Source of the DNA: a virus
Reading direction: 5' to 3' (one strand)
Length of the DNA stretch: 64,000 nt
IMG/VR virus record: IMGVR_UViG_3300024308_000021
Coordinates: 5,467-69,466 of that record
Shown here: positions 19,039-28,103 of the stretch, piece by piece
Position numbering within the stretch: the first letter of the stretch is position 1
Layout of the letters: each line of letters begins with the position of its first letter
Position numbers and translations under genes: made by a program
Notes under the pieces: generated by a model
What the model saw: the letters and a program-made list of their open reading frames with translations, nothing else
Databases searched by the model: none
Told to the model about the DNA's origin: nothing

Positions 19039-19626
19039 ATGAAAATCTACGAAACCATTCGTCCCCTGGGTATCTGCCATCCCACCATGCGTCTGTTGTC
19101 TGCTATCTCAGAATCCACTCTCTGGGTTTGCGAGGAAGAAAATCTATCCGAACTGGAGATCTGGCGTGATCCTAAAATCGATGTCCCACGCCTCACGGGT
19201 ACTGAACTTCTATCCAAAGACCAACAACAAGCTTTGAAAGACGTGGAACCCACCTACCACGCAATACAAGATCTTCCTGAAAAGAAAGGATATGTCGTAA
19301 CGCTTGCATGTGTGGAGCATCGGTATGCTGCCGAAATGCAGCTGTACGCGCACTCTAATGATCGCCGCTACGTTCTCGGAGAACATACCCTGATCGTAGG
19401 ATGTCGCGTAAGTGATGATCCGATGATAGTGCTGGACTTCCAAGCAATACCACAAGCCACACTACCTCTGTTCGTATCGGTGCTGATAGATCACTGTGTG
19501 CGTTCCAACCCTTACTTGGTCCCAGAAGAAACCTACAATCAGCAGGTTCGTACCTACAACAACCCGCTCCTGAACGCTCTGATCGAAGCCTGGTTGGCTT
19601 CTGGCGAACTCGTACTCTCAGAATAA
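19039..19626 (+). CDS. hypothetical protein
   Basis: 195 aa, AATAAGGGGA RBS. Confidence 0.8.
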   Translation: MKIYETIRPLGICHPTMRLLSAISESTLWVCEEENLSELEIWRDPKIDVPRLTGTELLSKDQQQALKDVEPTYHAIQDLPEKKGYVVTLACVEHRYAAEMQLYAHSNDRRYVLGEHTLIVGCRVSDDPMIVLDFQAIPQATLPLFVSVLIDHCVRSNPYLVPEETYNQQVRTYNNPLLNALIEAWLASGELVLSE

Positions 19627-19637
19627 GGAAATACAGA

Positions 19638-20516
19638 ATGCGCTTTGAAATCCACGTATCGGAAAACATCCACCATCTTCGTTTGACAGAAGACACACTC
19701 GTATTCAATATAGCGCCACTTTACTTGAGCGTAACTTCTATCGAAGATGAGGATCGTATTGATGTGGATCTTCATCACACCAATTCGGCGGTTTGGATGG
19801 AGGTCCTGAACAAATACATAAAAGAAGATGAACCCAAGCCGGAAGTGCATGATAAACCTCTGTTGATTTTGTCTGGACCCGATACACTGGACAACTATCT
19901 AACCGACTGGTTGAAAATAGCCAACAGCGTAGTTATCAACCAACCTATCAATCTAAGAGACATTCCACACCACCCACATCCGCGTGGGAACTCCACCAGA
20001 AGGAAAGAAGTTTATTTTATCGATAATGATAAAGTAGAACTCGGTCTCGGAGAACGGAACTTACGTTACCTGAACAAACAGCACAGCAATGCTACAGTAA
20101 TCCGTAAGTTGCTGGAGCACATGCCTTACTTGTACGTCTACACACCACCTAAACCAGTCTATGTGGAATATGAGTTTGTTTTGGTAAAAGCTGGGGAAGA
20201 GTTGTATGATCGTCGCGGTCTGATGGCTGTAGAACACAACGTTCTGATCGGTATCGATGTCTGGGTCTATTCTAAACAAGTAGAACAGTTAACAAATAAG
20301 GGAGTGATTGCGAACCGTTTTCCAAACATCTCTATTACGAAGATAACCCGTAAGACCGACGTACCCTGTGTGGGATATGCTGATGTGGACATCTGTGGTG
20401 TGGCTGCGTCGGATCTTTACGAATTTTATTGTATTAACCAAATGGAACTGAAGTACGAGGAGATCCCGAAAGAGCAACAGGGTGATCCTTTGTACTTTTC
20501 ACCTGATTTTAAATAG
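19638..20516 (+). CDS. hypothetical protein
   Basis: 292 aa, AATAAGGA RBS. Confidence 0.8.
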   Translation: MRFEIHVSENIHHLRLTEDTLVFNIAPLYLSVTSIEDEDRIDVDLHHTNSAVWMEVLNKYIKEDEPKPEVHDKPLLILSGPDTLDNYLTDWLKIANSVVINQPINLRDIPHHPHPRGNSTRRKEVYFIDNDKVELGLGERNLRYLNKQHSNATVIRKLLEHMPYLYVYTPPKPVYVEYEFVLVKAGEELYDRRGLMAVEHNVLIGIDVWVYSKQVEQLTNKGVIANRFPNISITKITRKTDVPCVGYADVDICGVAASDLYEFYCINQMELKYEEIPKEQQGDPLYFSPDFK

Positions 20517-20523
20517 ACGACAC

Positions 20524-20552
20524 GGAGGAGGGGTAGTCCCTCCTCCTTTTAT
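20524..20552 (+). terminator. intrinsic terminator
   Basis: GGAGGAGGG-gtagt-CCCTCCTCC TTTTAT. Confidence 0.75.
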
Positions 20553-20570
20553 ACGCCGAGGTAACTCTGT

Positions 20571-21091
20571 ATGAATTATTCTCACTTTACACCTGAAGAA
20601 CTTGATCTTAGCATACCGCTGGAGGAGCCATGTTGGTCAGAACAGGATTTGGAGCTCAGTCGCTTGCACACAGGGAGTTACTTGCCCTCTCGTTTAGTCC
20701 GGAACGTTTCCCGACACCAATCTCGATCACAGACTCCCCTCTTAGAAGAATTACACTAACCAACCACAACGTTCGCTTCTATTCAGACCTGAAACTAATG
20801 AAGGCATCCAACGCATACGTGTTGACTGGTCTAAGAAGCGGATACACGGAAGAGATCCTCGCAATCGGGTACAGTAACCCAGAACCCCCTAGAGGGTCAG
20901 CGCCTGTACCCACTGAGAACGACTACTTTAATTTCGTAGACACCACCACTGAGTTTATACTGGCGATCGAGTTTCCTTTTCGGTCTTCAGTAGCTGGACT
21001 TCTGCTGATGGACTGCATCCTAGGAGCCGATGAAAACTACGTGGATGTAGTACGCTACGAAGAACTTAGCTTTTGGGCAAACGGCGAATAG
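20571..21091 (+). CDS. hypothetical protein, possibly one gene split by a -1 shift near 20670 (ORFs 20571..20759 and 20630..21091)
   Basis: ORF1 has a GAGGT RBS; ORF2 overlaps it in the -1 frame and ends at the terminator. Confidence 0.5.
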
Positions 21092-21130
21092 GAGGAGGGC
21101 TCGAGCCCTCCTCTGTTTCTTTTTTCTTTT
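21092..21130. terminator. bidirectional terminator
   Basis: GAGGAGGGC-tcga-GCCCTCCTC plus T-rich run; convergent genes. Confidence 0.8.
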
Positions 21131-21965
21131 AGTTCAAACCACCCACACGACTGCGTAGGTCACGAGCATGACGTTTACGGTCGTTCATGAACATCAGCTT
21201 ACCACCCTTCTCTTTGAGGAGTTCTCGGTAGGTTTGGTTAGCGTCAGCATACTCGGAGATTACCTCACGGATCACCCCGAGTTCTTGACCAGCCATTAAC
21301 TGACCCTGGTCAATTCCCACACGCAGTTTAGTGTAGATAAAAGCTTTGCAAGCCAGTACCGACAGTTCAGCAATAAACCCGTAGTAAGCCGGCTGGATGT
21401 TTTCCATCTCACCTGAGTTAGCTACCAAACAGATCAACCACGAATGAGGTGTCTTAGCCACTACGTCACGCACTAGGATAGTGTTAGGAGCTATCAGTGT
21501 AACGTTGTCCGTAGAAACCAGAGGAATAGGAGAGTGTGAAGCCATTACACCTATTACCTGGTTAGACACAGCACTACGACCGGGCTCAGACCCTAAGAAC
21601 CCAGAGTACTGTGACATCCCGTAGTTGTAACCAAAGCCACCATTCTGACCGTAGGAGACGTTCAGAGGCTGAATGATCTCACGACCACCCGTCAACTCCA
21701 TTGGGATCGTATACACCTCAGCGTAGGATTCTACTAGCTTAGGCTCCAGGCCGCTGAGAGGCACTCGGATCTCAGCACCACCGATCAGATTCAGATCTCG
21801 ACGTACACGACGTTGGATGATCTGCTCACGCAACATCGTTTCAATACTGACGTGTTGTTGTAACCAAGGCGAGTTACGCACGTCATGATCAACGAAAGCT
21901 AGTTCGAGGATCTCCCGTGGGATCTCGTACATGATCTCGTCTATAGCCTTACCTGTGGGTCCCAT
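21129..21965 (-). CDS. conserved virion structural protein of phiKZ-like phages
   Basis: 278 aa, GGGAGG RBS; KAIDEIMYEIPREIL N-terminus typical of a Chimalliviridae core virion protein (recalled). Confidence 0.55.
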   Translation of the reverse strand: MGPTGKAIDEIMYEIPREILELAFVDHDVRNSPWLQQHVSIETMLREQIIQRRVRRDLNLIGGAEIRVPLSGLEPKLVESYAEVYTIPMELTGGREIIQPLNVSYGQNGGFGYNYGMSQYSGFLGSEPGRSAVSNQVIGVMASHSPIPLVSTDNVTLIAPNTILVRDVVAKTPHSWLICLVANSGEMENIQPAYYGFIAELSVLACKAFIYTKLRVGIDQGQLMAGQELGVIREVISEYADANQTYRELLKEKGGKLMFMNDRKRHARDLRSRVGGLN

Positions 21966-21983
21966 CGCAACCCCTCCCCATCG

Positions 21984-22033
21984 TATGTGTAAATAAAAAC
22001 CATCCAGGAGATGGTATAGAACTCAGTCATACC
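21984..22033. promoter_or_regulatory. divergent TATG late-type promoters
   Basis: TATG at 21984 (+) and TATG on - at 22031-22028 in the divergent gap. Confidence 0.4.
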
Positions 22034-22053
22034 ATCTCTTAAGGATATCGAAA

Positions 22054-22302
22054 ATGGAAAAGACCCCTGTCGACCAACACACTGTAGTTGGCTATGCAAC
22101 TACCATCGCCCAGAACGTCAACGAAATGGCGAAAGCGCTGGTTCCTGAAGTTTCTGGACTGCTCTGGCAAGCCGGCAATCTCCCGCTGGAAAAGCAAGTA
22201 GCTCTGAACGAAGCTCTCCTGGGTATCCAGTCCCTGACTCTGGAGCTTCAACAAAGAGTTAAAGATCTGCTGGAATCCGACCTGATCCAAAACAAACAGT
22301 AA
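22054..22302 (+). CDS. small helical/coiled-coil protein
   Basis: 82 aa, TAAGGA RBS; first gene of the phuZ operon. Confidence 0.75.
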   Translation: MEKTPVDQHTVVGYATTIAQNVNEMAKALVPEVSGLLWQAGNLPLEKQVALNEALLGIQSLTLELQQRVKDLLESDLIQNKQ

Positions 22303-22320
22303 GATAAAGGAACCATTGTC

Positions 22321-22764
22321 GTGGAAACTACAGCACTCGATATTTTGCGGACATTGATTCTCAACAACCAATCTACAGCTAACGAAGACCAGGCATTGCT
22401 GACCTCACTGTACACCAAGTACGGTCAGCTCGATTCTTCTGATCAGATCTGCCTACATCAGCAGATTGTTAATCTGATGGAAACTCGCCGCACCTACGCT
22501 ATGCAGCTTAACGACCTCCAGGAATCTTCCAAGAATCTTTTGGAACCGACCCAGGAAAAGGTAGATGCCGGCATGCCTTCAGGTTTGTTTGTTTCTCTGC
22601 GCCAGATCGCTCTCCCGGAGACCCAGAAAGCCGTTTACAACGACCTCGTAGACCAACTCGAGCTGCTCCTGAAAACCAACGGTAAGATCTACACCTGGGA
22701 AGACGTTGCGGCACAGCGTCTCCAAGATCCTCAACCGGTTAAAGTTGATCTTAACACTCTGTAA
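22321..22764 (+). CDS. helical hypothetical protein upstream of phuZ
   Basis: GTG start after AAAGGA; 147 aa. Confidence 0.75.
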   Translation: METTALDILRTLILNNQSTANEDQALLTSLYTKYGQLDSSDQICLHQQIVNLMETRRTYAMQLNDLQESSKNLLEPTQEKVDAGMPSGLFVSLRQIALPETQKAVYNDLVDQLELLLKTNGKIYTWEDVAAQRLQDPQPVKVDLNTL

Positions 22765-22773
22765 GGACTTCAG

Positions 22774-23733
22774 ATGAAGAACACTGTTCGTATCTACGCC
22801 TGTGGCGGTGGTGGTATCGCCCAAGCTCAGAATCTTCCTGCGTTGGAAAACGCGGTAGGACTGGCCACTCCGAGTATCGTATATTGTGATACCTCAGAAG
22901 CCAACCTCCTGGCTCACGACACTACTCAGACCTTCCTGATCAAAGGAGCTAAAGGTAGTGGTGGTTTGCGTTCTCAGAACGCTGAACCCATCGTGGAGTC
23001 CGTAGGTGACCTGTTAAGGGAACATCCGCCATGCGACTTCAACATCGTTCTGTTCACTGGCGGCGGCGGTTCTGGTAGTGTGTTCGGACCGATCGTGCAA
23101 GGTGAGTTACTGCAACGTGGTGTAGCCACGGTTGGGTTGATGATCGGTTCTACCGAGTCAGCTCGTGTCACCGAGAACGTTCTGAACACTTTCCGGTCTC
23201 TGGAATCTGTACGTGGTGAGCTCCCTCTGGTGATCATGTACTTCCAGAACCAGGACAACGCCTCCCAGGCTGTAGTAGACCAGCAAGTAATGGCAGCGCT
23301 CCCTCTGCTGTTGATGCTGGCTTCCGGTGAAAACTACAGTATGGATCCGAACGATCTACTGCACTTCTTGCGGTACGACCGTGTGACGGATGTTCCCGCC
23401 CAACTCACGCTGTTGGACATCTTTACTGATGCGGAAGCGGTTGCTCGCGCAATCACTCATCCGATTACCAACGCCAGCGTGTACTCCGATCGCGATGCTA
23501 CTGTATTGCAACTCGGTTCCCAGTACGACGCATTCGGCTTCCGTCCGAAGATCGATGCGATGGATGCTCCTGAATCAGTGCACTTCGTTACGCACACTCA
23601 AGAGCTTCGTGAAATCCTGGGTGGACTCCAGTCCGCTCGTGAAAAGTTCCAGGAGACTGCCAAGTCGATCCGCCCTGCTATGGATCTGCTGTCCGGCGTC
23701 TCCCAGAAAGGCCCTGGTAAACTAGTCCTGTAA
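22774..23733 (+). CDS. phuZ: phage tubulin PhuZ
   Basis: IYACGGGG, GSGGLRSQN, tubulin signature GGGGSGSVFGP, T7-loop DPND; 319 aa. Confidence 0.95.
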   Translation: MKNTVRIYACGGGGIAQAQNLPALENAVGLATPSIVYCDTSEANLLAHDTTQTFLIKGAKGSGGLRSQNAEPIVESVGDLLREHPPCDFNIVLFTGGGGSGSVFGPIVQGELLQRGVATVGLMIGSTESARVTENVLNTFRSLESVRGELPLVIMYFQNQDNASQAVVDQQVMAALPLLLMLASGENYSMDPNDLLHFLRYDRVTDVPAQLTLLDIFTDAEAVARAITHPITNASVYSDRDATVLQLGSQYDAFGFRPKIDAMDAPESVHFVTHTQELREILGGLQSAREKFQETAKSIRPAMDLLSGVSQKGPGKLVL

Positions 23734-23750
23734 AAGGAGAAGGAGTGTCG

Positions 23751-23966
23751 ATGTTTGTATGTGCGTCTTGTAGCTGCCCAGAGGAGCTCGAACTCATCTC
23801 GGTTGCAGTGACTCCACGAACCGATACTCCGCTGCTCTGTTCCGTCTGCATTTCCGTGGGGGAAGATGTAGGGGGATTACGATCAGTGTCTAGTGGGCGA
23901 CTCGGGGTTACCCCGAAGCAGTCGCCAGTACCAAAGCCAGACAATAGGAGGTCTGATTGCTGCTAA
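23751..23966 (+). CDS. possible small Zn-ribbon-like protein (71 aa)
   Basis: AAGGAG 5 nt before ATG; CASCSC...CSVC; overlaps structured RNA. Confidence 0.35.
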   Translation: MFVCASCSCPEELELISVAVTPRTDTPLLCSVCISVGEDVGGLRSVSSGRLGVTPKQSPVPKPDNRRSDCC

Positions 23967-24145
23967 CCGGATTCGGTGTGGTATTAGGATACCCACTGGC
24001 TCTTGCTGAACCGCAAGAAGTTTACGTCCAGGTGCAACCAGACTACGTAGCAACCTCAGTCGGGATAGTGAACGACTCTCACTCTCCTTACTTCTCCGGA
24101 CGACCCACCGTCATGGGTAGAGCACAGGCTCGCAGGTGCCTGTAA
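23957..24145 (+). CDS. possible small peptide with hydrophobic N-terminus (62 aa)
   Basis: AGGAGG 5 nt before TTG, but the RBS is in a hairpin and the ORF is heavily base-paired. Confidence 0.25.
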   Translation: MLLTGFGVVLGYPLALAEPQEVYVQVQPDYVATSVGIVNDSHSPYFSGRPTVMGRAQARRCL

Positions 24146-24400
24146 GCTCACCCACCGGAGGAGGGGTTGCATACATAGCCTGATACGCACACTTGGCATA
24201 CAGCCCTATGGTATGGAGTCACAGACTCTTCTCTAACAACTAGGTTAAGTTCTCAGCCGAGAACGCAAAGCGCAGCAGTGATGCTCACGGGTAATAAAGC
24301 TAATCTGTCTAAAAAGGTACAAGGATTGCTCTGGTGTCCGTTGCGACGGTTCGACCTGATCTCGAGTCCGACGAGCAGTCAGCAAATAATGCCTAAATCA

Positions 24401-24438
24401 GGGAGGGCGTTCAGCCCTCCCTTATGCCGCTTTTTATT
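24401..24438 (+). terminator. terminator of the phuZ operon
   Basis: GGGAGGGC-gttca-GCCCTCCC TTATGCCGC TTTTT. Confidence 0.8.
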
Positions 24439-24483
24439 TACGTCACCAAACCATCTATGAACGTCATAGAGCCATTTTAAAAC

Positions 24484-24503
24484 AAACCTATATTACCCTA
24501 CTG
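24484..24503 (+). promoter_or_regulatory. putative early promoter
   Basis: AAACCTA-TATTAC-N5-TG. Confidence 0.65.
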
Positions 24504-24549
24504 GACTACCTTAGGAATGCGTTTAAAAAGGTTTTAGGAGCCTCTGCGA

Positions 24550-24903
24550 ATGAAAAGAGTATTGGTTATCGCATGTGGATTTTTTAAGCTAAAGCATACT
24601 CCCAGTTTAGGGATGTCGTTCGACGACAACCGTGTGTTAAAAGTACAAGTACTCACCCAAGCTGAATTCGCCACAAACGTAGTAGCTTGTGTGGCTAAAA
24701 TACTAAACGACGAAGGATACGACGTTAGAGGCTCTTATGGGTTTCTGTCTCGTGAAGCTCTACAACAGTCCTTACGGATTTGTTCGGAACACAGAGACCG
24801 TGTGCTGAGGCTTGTACAAGAGCTCAACTGGTATCGTTCCAAGGATATACAGCTACACAGTAACGACGGGATCAACATTTATATAACCTACGAGGAAGTG
24901 TAA
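24550..24903 (+). CDS. hypothetical protein
   Basis: 117 aa, AGGAG RBS. Confidence 0.75.
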   Translation: MKRVLVIACGFFKLKHTPSLGMSFDDNRVLKVQVLTQAEFATNVVACVAKILNDEGYDVRGSYGFLSREALQQSLRICSEHRDRVLRLVQELNWYRSKDIQLHSNDGINIYITYEEV

Positions 24904-26048
24904 TGTCCAACAAAGCTTTTGCCATCAACACAGCCAACGCTATAACGTACCTAATCGGGGAGATGCGACAGGTATGTGAATCATCCTCGTGTTTGGTAGA
25001 CCGAGGGTTTCTGGCACGCAGTCTTACTCAAGCTGTGTGTGATTACATTCAAGAATGCGAAGCGTGGCGCAGTACCTACAACCCAGGACGAGCTCGCAAC
25101 TGCACTAGCATCCGTGGGTTGACACACATCCGCAAACAGTTCGACAGCCACATCCGCGCGCTACAGACACGCGGCCCCCTTCCTTTCTCTCGTGTGCAGT
25201 ACGAGCGAGCAGTGCTTGCTTTTAATAAAGTAAGAGAATGGATTGTGGAAGCTGTGGCCGAATATATCACCGTAGAGGAATGGCAGGTCTGCTACACCCG
25301 AGCCCACACCACCACTGTTACAGTGGAGTTGTTGGGAGACTATCGGATCCTGGATTGGGAGTACCGTCGTAAGTGTGGTGAGTTGGTGCATGACGGCGAA
25401 CTTACCACAGCCCACATCGATCATCTGGTTCGAGCTAAAGGTTTAAAAGTAGCGCGTAGCGTAGACTCTGTAGTGTTACCTACCGACGACACCGACTTAG
25501 TAAACGGAGCTGGTGACGTGGTAGACTCCACGGCATTCACAGCTGTCCAGCCGTTAGGCGGTATAGTTCAAGAAGGTCGCGATGACGACTACGATGAATA
25601 CGCACGGAACAACAACTCAGATCTATTACTGACCCGAGTTGAATCTAACCCGTACAACGCCACCAAGTCAGTTCTGTTCGATGACCTACAGTCCGCTAGA
25701 GTAGTGGGTTACCATGCTCGTACTCCATTAGGCAGTGCTCGACGTATCATGACGACAGCTTTTGGTAACTACCCGGAACTGGTACGTCGTATTCAGAGCA
25801 GTTCGGCTGTAAGAGAGCGCCTGCGTACTATGGGTTGGAATGGAGATACTGCTAAGTTCACTGAAGAGATGGCAGCCGCAGTGCTTTACGGAATGTCTCC
25901 AGAAGTTTACAGAAACCTTCGTCCGGTTAATAAACCAATAGGTTTGCAGAATGTACAAGACGATATATCCACTAACAAGACCGCTACAGAAGCTCCACGG
26001 CAAGATACTGGCTTTCGCTTTACCGCAACACCGAGGAAGAGTTACTAA
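24903..26048 (+). CDS. hypothetical protein (conserved-block N-terminus, less ordered C-terminus)
   Basis: 381 aa, TAATG coupling, GAGG RBS. Confidence 0.85.
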   Translation: MSNKAFAINTANAITYLIGEMRQVCESSSCLVDRGFLARSLTQAVCDYIQECEAWRSTYNPGRARNCTSIRGLTHIRKQFDSHIRALQTRGPLPFSRVQYERAVLAFNKVREWIVEAVAEYITVEEWQVCYTRAHTTTVTVELLGDYRILDWEYRRKCGELVHDGELTTAHIDHLVRAKGLKVARSVDSVVLPTDDTDLVNGAGDVVDSTAFTAVQPLGGIVQEGRDDDYDEYARNNNSDLLLTRVESNPYNATKSVLFDDLQSARVVGYHARTPLGSARRIMTTAFGNYPELVRRIQSSSAVRERLRTMGWNGDTAKFTEEMAAAVLYGMSPEVYRNLRPVNKPIGLQNVQDDISTNKTATEAPRQDTGFRFTATPRKSY

Positions 26049-26358
26049 CGATTTCTTGTTGATGTTGGCTGAGTGTGTCTGTAATCGAGTGTTGTATGGG
26101 GCGTCGGAGTTGGATTACGAGATACCAACTCCTGGAGAGGTATTGGATGAGTTCTCAGGAACAAACGGTTCTGGTGAGTTACTCTTACAGGAACTGAAGT
26201 CAGACATCCACTACCAGATGTGCATGCTCAATCCCAACTACAAGGAAAACATAAATGACTTGGAACTCGTTTGGTGCGATGACCCAACGCTCACATTCGA
26301 AGCCTGGGTCACTTACTCAGAGTCCGTACCTGGAGCACCTTCGAAAAGCTGGCGGTGA
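25951..26358 (+). CDS. hypothetical protein (start uncertain, 25951 or 26062)
   Basis: Fills the gap between flanking genes in the operon. Confidence 0.6.
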   Translation: MYKTIYPLTRPLQKLHGKILAFALPQHRGRVTNDFLLMLAECVCNRVLYGASELDYEIPTPGEVLDEFSGTNGSGELLLQELKSDIHYQMCMLNPNYKENINDLELVWCDDPTLTFEAWVTYSESVPGAPSKSWR

Positions 26359-26362
26359 GTTG

Positions 26363-26845
26363 ATGAACAGAATAGTTATCATTCCAGATACGCAACTACA
26401 ACGTACTCTGGTGAAAGGGTTACGGGAAATACAAGTAGACGAACTAGGAATCTCTGTAAAGCAAGCTATGGAGTTTGTGTACGACGCGCAGCTCCGCAGT
26501 TTACAAAACACAGGGGATCCTGGCTCAGCTTTTCAAGAAGCAGTAGCTGATGTGGTGTGGGGGTTTTTCGCTGGGTATGAGGAGAGTTACGACGCAGATA
26601 GCGGAATGATCCACCTGGCGATAAACCACGCCCGTGGTAACGGCGGGTTGAGTATTATCGAACTCGACCATCGAGCTAATCAACTGATCTACCTGCTGCA
26701 AGAACAGACCGACCTCTACTGCAAACACTATCGTGATTACATTGCTCGCTGGATACACGAGTATCCTGAGTACGTGATCACAGCTGAGTTCATTCGCTTC
26801 TTACACGGAGGCTACGCGGTATATGTCGGAGAACCCAAGTGGTGA
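26363..26845 (+). CDS. hypothetical protein (160 aa)
   Basis: ATG 26363 after GGTGAG, right after the previous stop. Confidence 0.75.
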   Translation: MNRIVIIPDTQLQRTLVKGLREIQVDELGISVKQAMEFVYDAQLRSLQNTGDPGSAFQEAVADVVWGFFAGYEESYDADSGMIHLAINHARGNGGLSIIELDHRANQLIYLLQEQTDLYCKHYRDYIARWIHEYPEYVITAEFIRFLHGGYAVYVGEPKW

Positions 26846-27188
26846 GGGAATACTCGTACTGAACCTGGAAACCCTAGTAATAGCTACAGAGCGTAAACTA
26901 CTAGGGTTAGGTTTAACGGGATTGGGATTAGATTGCATTACTGGAGTAAGTCTCAACAACCTACTCCAGTTTACAGACGATCCTCAGTCTACCTACGAAC
27001 TCCCAGCCGTATTGGAGTTCGGTATTACCAACCCAGATCACTACGAGTATTTATACTCGATACTAGACGAATACACCACCACCCTGAGAGGCCAGATCCA
27101 ACGTACCGGAATAGGGTTAAACCACGTTACTGGCTTACATGGATGGATGGGGAACTCGATCTTACTAACTGTAACACAAAATTTCTAG
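26823..27188 (+). CDS. hypothetical protein
   Basis: 121 aa, GGAGG upstream. Confidence 0.7.
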   Translation: MSENPSGEGILVLNLETLVIATERKLLGLGLTGLGLDCITGVSLNNLLQFTDDPQSTYELPAVLEFGITNPDHYEYLYSILDEYTTTLRGQIQRTGIGLNHVTGLHGWMGNSILLTVTQNF

Positions 27189-27217
27189 GACGCTCGTAGG
27201 GGCGTCGGGAGTAATCG

Positions 27218-27694
27218 ATGCTTAGTCAGCAAGTAATCACTATCGCACTTCAGTCCAGCATGGACTCTGTGACAGGACTAGCCCTGACGCCGTATGAGCG
27301 TACCAAAACTGCTGTAATGATGTTGTTGGAGCTAAGCGGTATGCCAGTACCGCAGTGCTATCCGAAGCCTCAGAACGCGATACATCAGTATTCTCTGGAG
27401 CTAGTGTTTTCCAACGTAAGACGCAGTATCCAGACCAACCTCGGGTATTGGTTGCAGGATCGCAGTGCACACGTAATCCCGATCAGTTACGTGAACGACA
27501 TACTGACCGTACATGTGTATGACTCGTTGGAGCTCAACCCCATCCGACAGCAACTTAGACGAGAGTCTTCTCAGGATCTCGAGTTAGTAATAGCTTACCT
27601 CGAGAAAGCAGCCACCACTTCAGTGTTCGATAGCATCGCAGTAATGCGCCCTAACGGATTACTGGACTATCGGACTTTGCTTTATGGTGCATAA
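27218..27694 (+). CDS. hypothetical protein
   Basis: 158 aa, GGGAG RBS. Confidence 0.75.
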   Translation: MLSQQVITIALQSSMDSVTGLALTPYERTKTAVMMLLELSGMPVPQCYPKPQNAIHQYSLELVFSNVRRSIQTNLGYWLQDRSAHVIPISYVNDILTVHVYDSLELNPIRQQLRRESSQDLELVIAYLEKAATTSVFDSIAVMRPNGLLDYRTLLYGA

Positions 27695-28103
27695 ACTCGA
27701 AGCCGTAGATACCCAGTCGATTTACGTAATAAGACCACGCTGGTACACTCCGCTTAAATCCCCGGTAACGGGGATGATTATTTACCGTTCAGAACAAACC
27801 ATCGTGGAGCTCGACGAATCCGGACGTTCTTACGAGGTTCCTCAGGAACTACATCTGAGTTTCTTGGAAGCGATGGAGTATCTATTCAACCTCTGGATAC
27901 AGTCCCCGACAGAAGACACTCCCTTGGACGTTACAGAAAGTATTGATGTCCTGATGAGTTACACGATCTTCAAAAACAATCTGGTAGAGTCTCTGGAGCG
28001 GTACGGGATTAAATTCTTTGATGTGGAGTCCATAGCTTGCGGTGCTACTTACATCGCCCTTAAACTGAATTCAAGGAGTTACCGATGTCAGTCCCAGTGT
28101 TAA
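27684..28103 (+). CDS. hypothetical protein
   Basis: 139 aa, overlaps both neighbours. Confidence 0.7.
   Translation: MVHKLEAVDTQSIYVIRPRWYTPLKSPVTGMIIYRSEQTIVELDESGRSYEVPQELHLSFLEAMEYLFNLWIQSPTEDTPLDVTESIDVLMSYTIFKNNLVESLERYGIKFFDVESIACGATYIALKLNSRSYRCQSQC

Larger units (their letters stand above)
23740..24421 (+). ncRNA. candidate large structured RNA (~680 nt) downstream of phuZ, family unassigned
   Basis: More than 12 hairpins plus nested long-range helices (e.g. 24050-55/24165-70, 24091-99/24155-63); only short ORFs; ends at a terminator. Confidence 0.55.

Noticed and set aside
23760-24300. GTGCG and GAACGACT suggesting a group II or group I intron
   Set aside because: No domain V, group I core elements missing or in the wrong order, and no interrupted ORF.
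24340-24372. GGTTCGA resembling a tRNA/tmRNA T-loop
   Set aside because: No T-stem of correct geometry, acceptor stem, CCA or tmRNA tag frame.
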